Made by a program: the position numbers and the translations under genes | The notes under the pieces: generated by a model | What the model saw: the letters and a program-made list of their open reading frames with translations, nothing else | Database searches by the model: none | Told to the model about the DNA's origin: nothing | From: a virus | Taxonomy: Duplodnaviria; Caudoviricetes | Virus record (IMG/VR): IMGVR_UViG_3300045738_001464 | Coordinates: 1-59,968 of that record | DNA length: 59,968 bases | Direction: 5' to 3' (one strand) | In this document: piece after piece, positions 45,636-54,320 of the stretch | Layout: each line of letters starts with the position of its first letter | Numbering within the stretch: the first letter of the stretch is position 1

Positions 45636-45775
45636 TTTTTTGGTTTTTTGGATCTTTTTCTTGGCCCACCTTGGCCTCTGTATTTTTTCATACCCTTACT
45701 GTGAGTGCCACAACCTTGCCGAGTTTTCTTTTTGACTCTTCTATGCTCATACTGAAAAGTTTTTTTTGCTGCCAT
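45632..45775 (-). CDS. Small basic protein (47 aa; not in ORF track)
   Basis: MAAKKTFQYEHRRVKKKTRQGCGTHSKGMKKYRGQGGPRKRSKKPKK; ATGA overlap with the next gene. Confidence 0.75.
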   Translation of the reverse strand: MAAKKTFQYEHRRVKKKTRQGCGTHSKGMKKYRGQGGPRKRSKKPKK

Positions 45776-45777
45776 TT

Positions 45778-46080
45778 TCAATTCTCCAATGATTTTATGC
45801 CGTGTTCATCTTGAATCCACAGCGCAAGTTCCAAGGCTTTTTCTTTACTTAGAATAACTTGGTCATCGTAGTAATTGCCCTTGATTAGCGCCATCCAGCA
45901 CAGTTTCAATCGCATCCACCAAGATAATTTGATGGGATCAACACCGTGACGCCAGTAACTAAAGTACATCTCTTCCTCGTCATCGAACTTAGTAATAAGC
46001 ATACCTTCGCTCCAACAATCGCATTTAATAAATTTTTCTCTGTCAGCCATTTTCATCTTTCTTTTTATTATTCTTTCCAC
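45778..46080 (-). CDS. Hypothetical protein (start may be 46056 or 46050)
   Basis: FIKCDC motif; co-oriented within the operon. Confidence 0.65.
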   Translation of the reverse strand: MERIIKRKMKMADREKFIKCDCWSEGMLITKFDDEEEMYFSYWRHGVDPIKLSWWMRLKLCWMALIKGNYYDDQVILSKEKALELALWIQDEHGIKSLEN

Positions 46081-46475
46081 GTTAGCTTAATTAAATCTTC
46101 TTCAAAAAATTCTGTGGTATATCTAACAACATCTAAATATTTAAATTTTTTACAAGTATATATATCTATGGAAAAGAATTTTGGATCTCTTACGTTCCAT
46201 GAGTAGATATGCATACCGGACTCTTTCCAATGCATATAGGCACACCAACCGTATTTTTCTGCAAAGTCAGTTATGGGTTCCCCGATGGGAGTCATGTTCA
46301 ATACTTTAGAAATTTCCTTACAATATCTGATCATGTCGTCTGCTTCAAAAGGGTTATAAAGGGTTCCCTCTAGAATCATTCTCTGACGACAAATTTCCGG
46401 TGCTAAATCTGTCCATCCCGGTTCACCCTTTTTTCCACGAGGTCCCACTGGACAACAATGTCTACGATCATTCAT
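46068..46475 (-). CDS. Pyruvoyl-dependent decarboxylase of the prokaryotic AdoMetDC (SpeD/SpeH) fold, divergent
   Basis: KESGMHIYSW...SIDIYTCKKF matches the ESHISIHTW...DVFTC pattern, with the E-S cleavage pair retained. Confidence 0.7.
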   Translation of the reverse strand: MNDRRHCCPVGPRGKKGEPGWTDLAPEICRQRMILEGTLYNPFEADDMIRYCKEISKVLNMTPIGEPITDFAEKYGWCAYMHWKESGMHIYSWNVRDPKFFSIDIYTCKKFKYLDVVRYTTEFFEEDLIKLTWKE

Positions 46476-47125
46476 GATGACCTCCTTGCCGTAAAAACCA
46501 TAACATCCATATAAGCAGATTGGGTATCATCAATAGGTTGGATAGATCTACCATTATGCCACAAGTAACTATCGTCTACAATTACCATTGTACCTGAATC
46601 CATAACTGCTTTCAAAAATGGCTTCTCTGTCTTGCTAGTAGATAATAGTACTTCACCCCCAATGATATTGTGACGATCAATTCCAATCATAGCAATGCAG
46701 TCATACCCATCCTGATGCCAACCTTCCGGAGATAGCTGAGTAGCACCGCCGATACATTTGACTCTCATTTGGTGTATATCAATCTCTTGAATCTCAGAAA
46801 ATAAACAAGCATCCCAATAAGCGGTTATCAGTTCTTTTATCGCTGGACTGTGAATAACATTTTCATCAATGTTAATAAATTTTCGATTCATTCCCCCTTG
46901 GTGTTTATTGTATTTTTCGCTTTGTATAAATTCATTTTTACTTATAGAAGAAATTGTAGTTGTACCGAATTTATTTTGAGATGCTTTAACTTTCGAATAT
47001 TTTCTTAGCCTATATTTTCCATCAGTATGATCTGTTTCGGGCAAATCGTCAAACGAAGGTTTGATCTCTTCTATTAACAGGGGATCTATTTTAATGACTT
47101 GTAATATGGTACTTGTCATTTTCAT
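46472..47125 (-). CDS. 2OG-Fe(II) dioxygenase (2OG-Fe_Oxy_2-like)
   Basis: YRLRKYS, IHQMRV, PEGWHQDG, distal WH. Confidence 0.85.
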   Translation of the reverse strand: MKMTSTILQVIKIDPLLIEEIKPSFDDLPETDHTDGKYRLRKYSKVKASQNKFGTTTISSISKNEFIQSEKYNKHQGGMNRKFINIDENVIHSPAIKELITAYWDACLFSEIQEIDIHQMRVKCIGGATQLSPEGWHQDGYDCIAMIGIDRHNIIGGEVLLSTSKTEKPFLKAVMDSGTMVIVDDSYLWHNGRSIQPIDDTQSAYMDVMVFTARRSS

Positions 47126-47544
47126 AACTCTTCAATCCTTTTTGCTTTGTCATCCACAATCATATCATAAGGAGGCTTTATGTGTTCTCCTTTCGTTCCT
47201 GTGGATAAATCATGGAACTTACATCCCCAAGATTCTAACTGCTTCCAAGTAAAGTCATAGTAACACTTCCCCGTCTTTCTAGATTTTTCAGATCCTCCCC
47301 TTGCAGTCCAATAAACAACGTGCCAACCCTCATCGTATAGTTTATTTATTTTTGCGATATTGGCCATATGGCCGACAGCCAAGTCATATCTTCTTTTGTT
47401 TTCGTAAAAACATATTGTTTCATCAATATCCACCAAGACGACTCTTTTTTCGCCTTCTTCTGCTAGTCTGCTTGATTCGTGAAATTCCATTTGAAGATAC
47501 TCCATGTATTGCTCATATTGATCGGCCTCTGGGTGGCCACTCAT
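47122..47544 (-). CDS. HAD-superfamily phosphatase (small capless type)
   Basis: VDIDETI, YWTARG, KP.YD.IVDDKA. Confidence 0.85.
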   Translation of the reverse strand: MSGHPEADQYEQYMEYLQMEFHESSRLAEEGEKRVVLVDIDETICFYENKRRYDLAVGHMANIAKINKLYDEGWHVVYWTARGGSEKSRKTGKCYYDFTWKQLESWGCKFHDLSTGTKGEHIKPPYDMIVDDKAKRIEEL

Positions 47545-47702
47545 TTTGACACCTCGTTAAAGTTGTGTCTTAAATTCACCTGTAACCATTTCTCTGCTTC
47601 TGCACTAAGATGATTGCTATTAAGCATGTGTCGGTTTTGTCTTTCGACACTTTTATACATTGCCATTAGTAGCTTCTGCTTCACTTGATTATTGTTGTTC
47701 AT
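47541..47702 (-). CDS. Hypothetical protein (53 aa; not in ORF track)
   Basis: MNNNNQVKQKLLMAMYKSVERQ...; fills the gap exactly, with an ATGA overlap. Confidence 0.55.
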   Translation of the reverse strand: MNNNNQVKQKLLMAMYKSVERQNRHMLNSNHLSAEAEKWLQVNLRHNFNEVSK

Positions 47703-47703
47703 T

Positions 47704-47907
47704 TTATTTTCCCGTTATTGATTCGACGATCCTTTTAAATAGACTTCCTTTGGACTGGTTTCGATATTTTCCTTCTCTTCTTAGGCGTTCGTGTTCTTCT
47801 TGTTGCCATTTTTCTTCTTTTTCCCATTCTTCTCTTTCCTCTGGGGAAAGATGGGGAGGAATCGGGCTTCTAAACTTTTTATAAAAGTTCTCTTTATCTT
47901 TTTTCAT
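47704..47907 (-). CDS. Hypothetical protein (67 aa)
   Basis: ATGA overlap with the ClpP-like gene; charged helix. Confidence 0.6.
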   Translation of the reverse strand: MKKDKENFYKKFRSPIPPHLSPEEREEWEKEEKWQQEEHERLRREGKYRNQSKGSLFKRIVESITGK

Positions 47908-48683
47908 TTTCTTTTCCTAGAGATTTTTTTCTTTGTTTTTTTTGATTTAGCAGTTTTTAATTTCATTTCTGGCATCATGGCACGAACTTGATCTACCAAT
48001 TCCAATTCAAGACATTCATCTGCGCTAAGCCACCAATCTTTTCTATCCCAATTGCGCTTGATTTTTTGCTTGGTAAGTCTTGAACGAGAGACGAATATAT
48101 CCAAACAGCGTTCTTCAATTCGCTTGACAAGTTCTACCTCGTCCTCTACTTCAAACGTTTTTCCATAAGCTCCGAACGCCGCTCTATGAATCATCACCCA
48201 AGCCTGATGTCCAATCCAACGAACGTCACCCGCTTGTAAGAGAATGCCAGCCATAGATGCTGCATATCCTAGCGAACCAGTGGTTATTTTATGGCCGCTG
48301 TTTCTTAAAGATTGAATGAAATCAAACAATTCAAAACCAGAAATAATTTCTCCACCCGGAGAGGCAAAAACAATTTCAATATCGCATTTGGGATCTAATC
48401 GAGACCACTCAGTAAGCTTCTTCATACATGTAGTAACGGAAGCCTTAGAGACTTCCCCGGAGAACCTGTATAAATGATTTTCTTCGTCGGTAGCTTTTTC
48501 GCGACTTCTTTTTCTTTGGGCCGCTCTTGCTTCTATTTCAGCCTTTAACGCATCGGCTTCAGCCTTTCTAGTTTCGGCGTTTATCTTATTAGTTTCAGCT
48601 ATGGTCTTCTCTACGTCAGCTTGAATTTCTTGCAGAGTTCTTTCCGGGGCTTGGTTCTTTAAATCTTTATTTTCTTTACTCAT
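47904..48683 (-). CDS. clpP: ClpP-like serine protease with N-terminal coiled coil
   Basis: ASPGG, AASMAG (Ser), MIH (His), DWWLSADECLELELVD. Confidence 0.88.
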   Translation of the reverse strand: MSKENKDLKNQAPERTLQEIQADVEKTIAETNKINAETRKAEADALKAEIEARAAQRKRSREKATDEENHLYRFSGEVSKASVTTCMKKLTEWSRLDPKCDIEIVFASPGGEIISGFELFDFIQSLRNSGHKITTGSLGYAASMAGILLQAGDVRWIGHQAWVMIHRAAFGAYGKTFEVEDEVELVKRIEERCLDIFVSRSRLTKQKIKRNWDRKDWWLSADECLELELVDQVRAMMPEMKLKTAKSKKTKKKISRKRK

Positions 48684-48684
48684 T

Positions 48685-50223
48685 TTATTTCATTCCTTGT
48701 GGAAAGGTTAGTTTGTCTGCGTGATTAACTGTCCAGCTAATCTCATGCGTGACTGCCCTAAAGGTTCTCGCCGCGCTCGGAAAACCATTTCCGGATTTTT
48801 TTACTCCGCCAAAAGCAAGGTGAGATTCAGCGGCAATGGAACCACCGTTCCAATAAATCATTCCCGCGTCACATTCGTCTCGCATAATTCTTGCCTTTCT
48901 AAAATCATTCGTTAAAACTCCAACAGCTAATCCATATTCCGTATCGTTATAAATACGAATTGCGTCTTCTATGGTATCGAATGGGATGATGGCGACATGA
49001 GGACCAAATACTTCTTTTCTTAGATAAGGTGCTTCGTGACCCCTCCATTCGGTTTTGTACACCATTGGCGATAAGAAATAAGCATTTTCGTTATCGATTG
49101 CTCTTATTGGTGATAGGAGAACTTTGGCTAGTGGGTCTTGATGGACAAGCTTATTATAACGGTGAACTTTTTCATACCCCTGCTTATTGATAAGTGGACC
49201 ATAATAAATTTCTTCATCTGGAACTGATGCTTCCCATGCGACACATCCGGGATCACCGCTGGTTGAAAAAACTTTTTTAAATGGATTTCCAGTTTTTAAC
49301 TTAGAAGCCTCTTCTACAAATCGTCTGGCAAAACAATCCACCACACTTCTTTGCACAATCATACGACCAGAAGATACACACCTTTGGCCAGAGAGCTTAA
49401 ATGCGCTTGCAATTGTTGCTTCAACCGCCAAGTCCATTTCTACATCGTCGAAAATAATACATGCAGATTTACTTCCCATTTCACAGGAAGTAGTTTTATG
49501 CCAACTCTCAGCCGCTACTTTTCGAATATGTTGACCAACTTCGGCAGAGCCAGTAAAGCAAATATGATCCACGTCGCCACGAGCCAAGAGATCGCCAGTA
49601 TCCCCACAACCATGCACCAAATTAACGACTCCACGAGGGAGCCCAGCTTCCTCGTAAATCTCGATAGCCATTTGTGTAGACATTGGAGCATCTTCACTTG
49701 GTTTAATTATAACCGTATTGCCTTCCACAATTGCGGGAGCAGCACACCAATAAGCTCCGATTGCCAAGGGGAAGTTAAACGGAGATATAATTGCTATTAC
49801 ACCCTTGGGCTTACGAAGCATATAGGAATCTTTATCTTCTATTTCAGACGCGACTACTTCTCCGTGAGAGGATCTTCCAGATCCAAAGGCAAATTGAGCC
49901 ATGTGCAAAGCCTCATTTACCTCTGCAATTGACTCATTGTAATTTTTACCCGTTTCTAAAGAAATAACCGTAGCTAATTCATCCCGACGACGCTCAATGA
50001 TTTGAGCAACTTTGTTCATATAGTCTGACCGAACAAATCGGCTAACCTTTCTCCATTTTTTAAAAGTTCGCCTAGCAGAAAGAATAGCCTTATTAACCAT
50101 TACCTTGTCGCTCTCAGGAAACATTCCTTGTTTTTCACCCGTGGAAGGGTTTATCTTCACGTACATTTCGGGAGTTGTCTCCCATTGGCCATTAATGTAA
50201 TTTCTTCCTTCGAAATCTCTCAT
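48685..50223 (-). CDS. NAD(P)-dependent aldehyde dehydrogenase
   Basis: NYINGQW, SPFNFP, KPSE, FTGSAEVG, EMGSK, SGQRC (catalytic Cys), EVFGP, FGGVKKSG; start re-placed at 50223. Confidence 0.93.
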   Translation of the reverse strand: MRDFEGRNYINGQWETTPEMYVKINPSTGEKQGMFPESDKVMVNKAILSARRTFKKWRKVSRFVRSDYMNKVAQIIERRRDELATVISLETGKNYNESIAEVNEALHMAQFAFGSGRSSHGEVVASEIEDKDSYMLRKPKGVIAIISPFNFPLAIGAYWCAAPAIVEGNTVIIKPSEDAPMSTQMAIEIYEEAGLPRGVVNLVHGCGDTGDLLARGDVDHICFTGSAEVGQHIRKVAAESWHKTTSCEMGSKSACIIFDDVEMDLAVEATIASAFKLSGQRCVSSGRMIVQRSVVDCFARRFVEEASKLKTGNPFKKVFSTSGDPGCVAWEASVPDEEIYYGPLINKQGYEKVHRYNKLVHQDPLAKVLLSPIRAIDNENAYFLSPMVYKTEWRGHEAPYLRKEVFGPHVAIIPFDTIEDAIRIYNDTEYGLAVGVLTNDFRKARIMRDECDAGMIYWNGGSIAAESHLAFGGVKKSGNGFPSAARTFRAVTHEISWTVNHADKLTFPQGMK

Positions 50224-50224
50224 G

Positions 50225-50797
50225 TTATAACTCCCTTGTGCTTTCCATAAGCGCTTTGACATTGTCTTCACAAAATCCGTTACCATCTCTTTTAATGAGT
50301 TCATATATTACTCCTGTTAATTCTGAGGGTTTAGTAAATACTTGCTTGAGTCCGGGACACTCCATTGGTTTTTCTGAAAGAAATTCTACATATTTTTCTT
50401 TTTCCCATTCTTTCATTGCGGCTTCGACATCACCAACCTGATAAGCTATGTGGTGTATGCCCCCGACACCACCCCTTTCTTCTACCCAATCACCGACAAT
50501 AGACCCCTTTGGTCCATCGCTAACAAAGATTTCCGGTGGCGCATGAAATTCACAATGAACACCATATATAGGATCACCGGGACCAGCAAGGTGAGTACCC
50601 ATTAAAGTCCTATGGGTCCAATTACTGGTTTCCGGATGTCTTGTTTCTGGCGGTTCGAGAGTAATACAATCGGTTGTGCTACCATCTTCAAATTTCAATT
50701 TAAACTTAGTACCTATTTTGTATCCAAAGCACCTTTTAAAAAATTCGGCAGTTTTATACCTATTCTTCGTTCTGTAGGCTATGTGGTCTAGTCTCAT
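50225..50797 (-). CDS. VOC-superfamily Fe(II) enzyme resembling the HPPD catalytic domain / HglS (DUF1338)
   Basis: LDHIAYR, GIHHIAY, QVFTKP, YELIKR..NGF...NVKALMEST (His-His-Glu triad pattern). Confidence 0.75.
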   Translation of the reverse strand: MRLDHIAYRTKNRYKTAEFFKRCFGYKIGTKFKLKFEDGSTTDCITLEPPETRHPETSNWTHRTLMGTHLAGPGDPIYGVHCEFHAPPEIFVSDGPKGSIVGDWVEERGGVGGIHHIAYQVGDVEAAMKEWEKEKYVEFLSEKPMECPGLKQVFTKPSELTGVIYELIKRDGNGFCEDNVKALMESTREL

Positions 50798-50811
50798 GAG
50801 ATTTCCTTCTA

Positions 50812-51765
50812 TTATAACTTCCCCGCATCATAGGCTAATTGCAAGTCTATCTTTTTGATAGCTCCTCCAGATGTAAATATTTTCTCTGTCACTCTAGCTG
50901 CTTCTTTTCTTCCATTAACGAATAAAAACTGAATATGTTTATATTTTTGGATTAAATTTCTTAAATTATGAAAAATATATTCTGGAGTAATTCTTATTTT
51001 CCTATATACTTTTGAAGAGGTTCCTTTTCTTCTTATTTGATTAAAATATAACGAGTCATTAAATTTAGCTTCTACCAAGATAACTAAATAAGCACTTGCC
51101 TCTTTAGCCCTTTCGATTTCTTTTTTAAATCTCTCTAAACCGCCACTTAGAGTTCCTATAAAATCTGGAAGAGATTTTCGTTCTATATAGCAATTTCCAG
51201 AAGCTTCTTTACTGCTGAAGGAATAGTCTCCGAAGTTTAATTTTTTTATTTCTATTGGCCTATTAAATCTTAAAGCTTTTCGCTCTCTTGTATCTATAAA
51301 AATTTTATATTTTGGATCATCCCATTCTTTACCACATATGATTTCCTTGAAATCCAAATATTTATTCTCAAGACCCAGCCTAGAACAAAGCTCATAATAA
51401 CTTCCAAATATTTCATTGTAATATGGGATAGGGGGAAACATCAAAGACCTAAGTTCAACCTGACTTGGCGCATAAGATAAATCTTTTTGTATTATTCTTT
51501 CTTGTAATATTTCTTCACAGAATCCTTTAGCATTTTTTTTAGTTTGCTTTTTGAGCCAAAGGCGAAGATTGGTTCGAGAATTAAACTTGGAAGAAAAATA
51601 TTGGGTTTTATTTTTGAATTTTATAATAGAATCGTCATATAGATCATAACGAGGATAATGTTTTTGATAGTATTCTATTACGCGCAAACCATGAGCTTTA
51701 AAGTGACCATGCAATTGCCTTTCTGAATCGAAAGCTGTCTTACATATTTTACAGATATTAGCCAT
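50812..51765 (-). CDS. C2H2 zinc-finger + ERCC4 (XPF/Mus81-type) nuclease
   Basis: CKIC...HGHFKAH; IFIDTRE, GDY, IERKSLPDF. Confidence 0.85.
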   Translation of the reverse strand: MANICKICKTAFDSERQLHGHFKAHGLRVIEYYQKHYPRYDLYDDSIIKFKNKTQYFSSKFNSRTNLRLWLKKQTKKNAKGFCEEILQERIIQKDLSYAPSQVELRSLMFPPIPYYNEIFGSYYELCSRLGLENKYLDFKEIICGKEWDDPKYKIFIDTRERKALRFNRPIEIKKLNFGDYSFSSKEASGNCYIERKSLPDFIGTLSGGLERFKKEIERAKEASAYLVILVEAKFNDSLYFNQIRRKGTSSKVYRKIRITPEYIFHNLRNLIQKYKHIQFLFVNGRKEAARVTEKIFTSGGAIKKIDLQLAYDAGKL

Positions 51766-52855
51766 TTAAAACCTCTTCATCTGAGATGCCAAATATTTTG
51801 GCTTTAATTTCATCCATCGAAGTTAATTTTCCGATTTCCTTTTTAAGGGTTTCTTTTCTCAATTCAGCTAAATGGATCATCTTCTTTCTACTTTCTTCTT
51901 CTCTCCATAATTGAACCAAATTAAGAATACTTGCGTTATCTCTGATTTGTTTACTCAGCCTATCGCTTCTCTTTACCTTAAGATCGTTTAGAAGTTTTTG
52001 CTGCCTGTTTACGCATTGGTTGTATTCTGTCCTTGCTGTATTATTTGCTTCTATTAGCGTCATGGGAATTCGATTGCCTCCTTCTATTTCTTGGTCAATC
52101 TGCAATTGCATCATTTGAATTGTTTCTTGGATACTGGAAGAGATAACAATTTCGGTACATAAAACGATATATTGATCAACTTCTTCCTGAGTTAAATCAG
52201 ATTTATTATGAGTATAACGAACAAAGCTAGATTCGAATAAATCCCTATCTGTTTCAGATTGGTAAGTATTTATTTGGTGATTAAATCTATAAGTGAATAG
52301 ATAACCCATGATTGCATTAACCTCTCTCTTTTGGGCTCCGGTCATTTTATCTTTATTGATTTTGTCTGCTATATATCTATTGATTCTAGCTACCATTGTC
52401 AGAAACGTTTTAGGAGCCTTGTATGCATCCACAGTCTCATCATTATCGTCTCTTTGGCTATAAACCAATTTAGGGTCTAATGTCTTAATATATTCGATTA
52501 CAGTTCTTGCTTCTTGGCTCAAGGTAGTGAGCTTATCGTTGTTGAAAGCGGCCTTGGCTATATCCAAGGGTTTCATTGTCAGGACGTTATTCGTAATGAA
52601 CTCTTCTCGATCCACAGTTAGCTCTAGAAGCCCTTTTGGCTTGTATTGGTGTGACCCCCTTGCCTTAAGATCCTGAACCGCTAGAAAGGCTTTTACGGCC
52701 TTCCCCTCCTTGCTTCTTCCGTCTGCATTTTCGACATTTGGGAAAGCTATTTTAACAAGCTCTAGAAGAGAAGGGGGATCATTCGGATGATTGTCCCATA
52801 GATTAATAATCGCTTTTTCTTGTTCTTGCGTTAGTTCTTGTATTTTTTTAGTCAT
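51758..52855 (-). CDS. Helical hypothetical protein (possible small terminase/packaging partner)
   Basis: 365 aa with C-terminal coiled coil; upstream of the terminase block; function by position only. Confidence 0.35.
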   Translation of the reverse strand: MTKKIQELTQEQEKAIINLWDNHPNDPPSLLELVKIAFPNVENADGRSKEGKAVKAFLAVQDLKARGSHQYKPKGLLELTVDREEFITNNVLTMKPLDIAKAAFNNDKLTTLSQEARTVIEYIKTLDPKLVYSQRDDNDETVDAYKAPKTFLTMVARINRYIADKINKDKMTGAQKREVNAIMGYLFTYRFNHQINTYQSETDRDLFESSFVRYTHNKSDLTQEEVDQYIVLCTEIVISSSIQETIQMMQLQIDQEIEGGNRIPMTLIEANNTARTEYNQCVNRQQKLLNDLKVKRSDRLSKQIRDNASILNLVQLWREEESRKKMIHLAELRKETLKKEIGKLTSMDEIKAKIFGISDEEVLNG

Positions 52856-53550
52856 GACAATTCAATCTCCCCGTCTTCGAGAATTTTTTTAACTTTTTCT
52901 ATAATTGATTTTTTGATATTTTTTAATTGTTTGTAGCCCGGAGACCTATTCTTTTCTGATGTCTTATATCCCATTTTTTTCGAGACTTCTTTTTCAGGTT
53001 TAAATTCTATGTAAAGCATTTTATATACTTTCCATTCGAACGGTTTTAAAATTGATTGCATTTTTGTATGCAACCCTTTTACTGATTTTTCAAAGTCTAT
53101 ATATTCCGTTGGCATACTATATACTTCTTGCCTATGATTTTCTAAAGAGACCGGGAGCTTTGTGTCGTGGGCTCTTTTCTTTGTCTTTTCCCAATTCGAA
53201 TATAATGGGCATTCATTACATTGCTTCTCGTATATGGAACATAGATTAGTCCCTTCGGCAGCATCACACCTTAAACATGGTCTACTAAAATTACCGTAAT
53301 TATTACGAATAAGATTTTTAATTTGGTTAGAAATAATCCTATTGAGCCACGGTGCTAATGGCTTTGTGGGATCATATTGATCCCACTTTTTCCATATGTG
53401 AATACGCAAAATTTGAGCAACGTCATCAAAGTCCATCCAAGATAGGATAGTCAAACTCCATTTACCTCTCCTTTTAAAGATTTCAGTGTCTATTTTCTGT
53501 ATAACGTCTTCAAATTCTGGTTTTTTTACTTGCGTTCTTTTTTTTGGCAC
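52852..53550 (-). CDS. Phage sigma-70/ECF-like sigma factor with Cys-rich insertion
   Basis: Region-2-like DFDDVAQILRIHIWKKWDQYD...PWLNRII.NQIKNLIR; CX2CX8CX6CX2C; region-4-like LKPFEWKVYKMLY...EKEVSKKMG. Confidence 0.8.
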   Translation of the reverse strand: MPKKRTQVKKPEFEDVIQKIDTEIFKRRGKWSLTILSWMDFDDVAQILRIHIWKKWDQYDPTKPLAPWLNRIISNQIKNLIRNNYGNFSRPCLRCDAAEGTNLCSIYEKQCNECPLYSNWEKTKKRAHDTKLPVSLENHRQEVYSMPTEYIDFEKSVKGLHTKMQSILKPFEWKVYKMLYIEFKPEKEVSKKMGYKTSEKNRSPGYKQLKNIKKSIIEKVKKILEDGEIELS

Positions 53551-53915
53551 TACTCCTCTTTTTCTTTGAGTGTGCCAGCCTCATTACGAAAAGCATCCAA
53601 ATGTTCCTTAGCAGACATTGGGTTTTGTGGGGTAAAATCCACTACTTCTGGGGGAGGTTGCTCTTGAGATGCTTGTTGGAAAATTGTTCCTAAAGTTTCT
53701 GAAGCTGGCTTATCTGTTTCAAATATGAATTCCAAGCCCTTGGTTGGCACTGTGAAATTCTCTTCTTGAAGTTCGAATTCGTCATCTTCGATATGTTTTG
53801 CTTGGTTTACGGGCTGGCTCCCAATAGCCAATGAATTGCCACAGTTTTGGCAAAAATTAGGTTTTTTTACCTTGTACTCCATCTTGTTTCCGCAACTTGG
53901 GCAATAAGTTTTCAT
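53550..53915 (-). CDS. Zinc-ribbon protein
   Basis: YCPSCG...NFCQNCG. Confidence 0.8.
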   Translation of the reverse strand: MKTYCPSCGNKMEYKVKKPNFCQNCGNSLAIGSQPVNQAKHIEDDEFELQEENFTVPTKGLEFIFETDKPASETLGTIFQQASQEQPPPEVVDFTPQNPMSAKEHLDAFRNEAGTLKEKEE

Positions 53916-53985
53916 AGTTTTTTCTACTATCTCTTTTCTATTACATCTATATTAACACCCATTTTTTAAAAAGTCTACTTAATCA

Positions 53986-53991
53986 GTGTAA
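53986..53991 (+). promoter_or_regulatory. GTGTAA motif on the + strand
   Basis: 11 nt upstream of the only + strand gene in the late region; orientation follows the gene. Confidence 0.6.
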
Positions 53992-54002
53992 TTTAGAGTA
54001 GA

Positions 54003-54200
54003 ATGGATAGACGAAAAATCAAGGAAGACTTCTCCCAGATCTTGGAATTGAGCTATCAATATTGCAGAACAGAATATTGCAGAATGGAAGATTTAGATGA
54101 CGAAATAATCGATTTAGCACGAGAGATAAACGCCAAAGCCTATCTGGTTAAGAAAAATGTTGAACAAGATGTTGAACAAAGTAGTGGTAATGTAATCTAA
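54003..54200 (+). CDS. Hypothetical protein (65 aa)
   Basis: Fills a gap; preceded by a co-oriented GTGTAA motif. Confidence 0.6.
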   Translation: MDRRKIKEDFSQILELSYQYCRTEYCRMEDLDDEIIDLAREINAKAYLVKKNVEQDVEQSSGNVI

Positions 54201-54320
54201 TGTGTGTTCGAAAGTTTCTCAAAATAGAAATCATCTTTTTATTATTCCGGATTCATTTTTGACAATGAATGTGGCGCAGATGCTTTTCACATTTCCATCT
54301 TAGCAGGATAATGTAATTTT

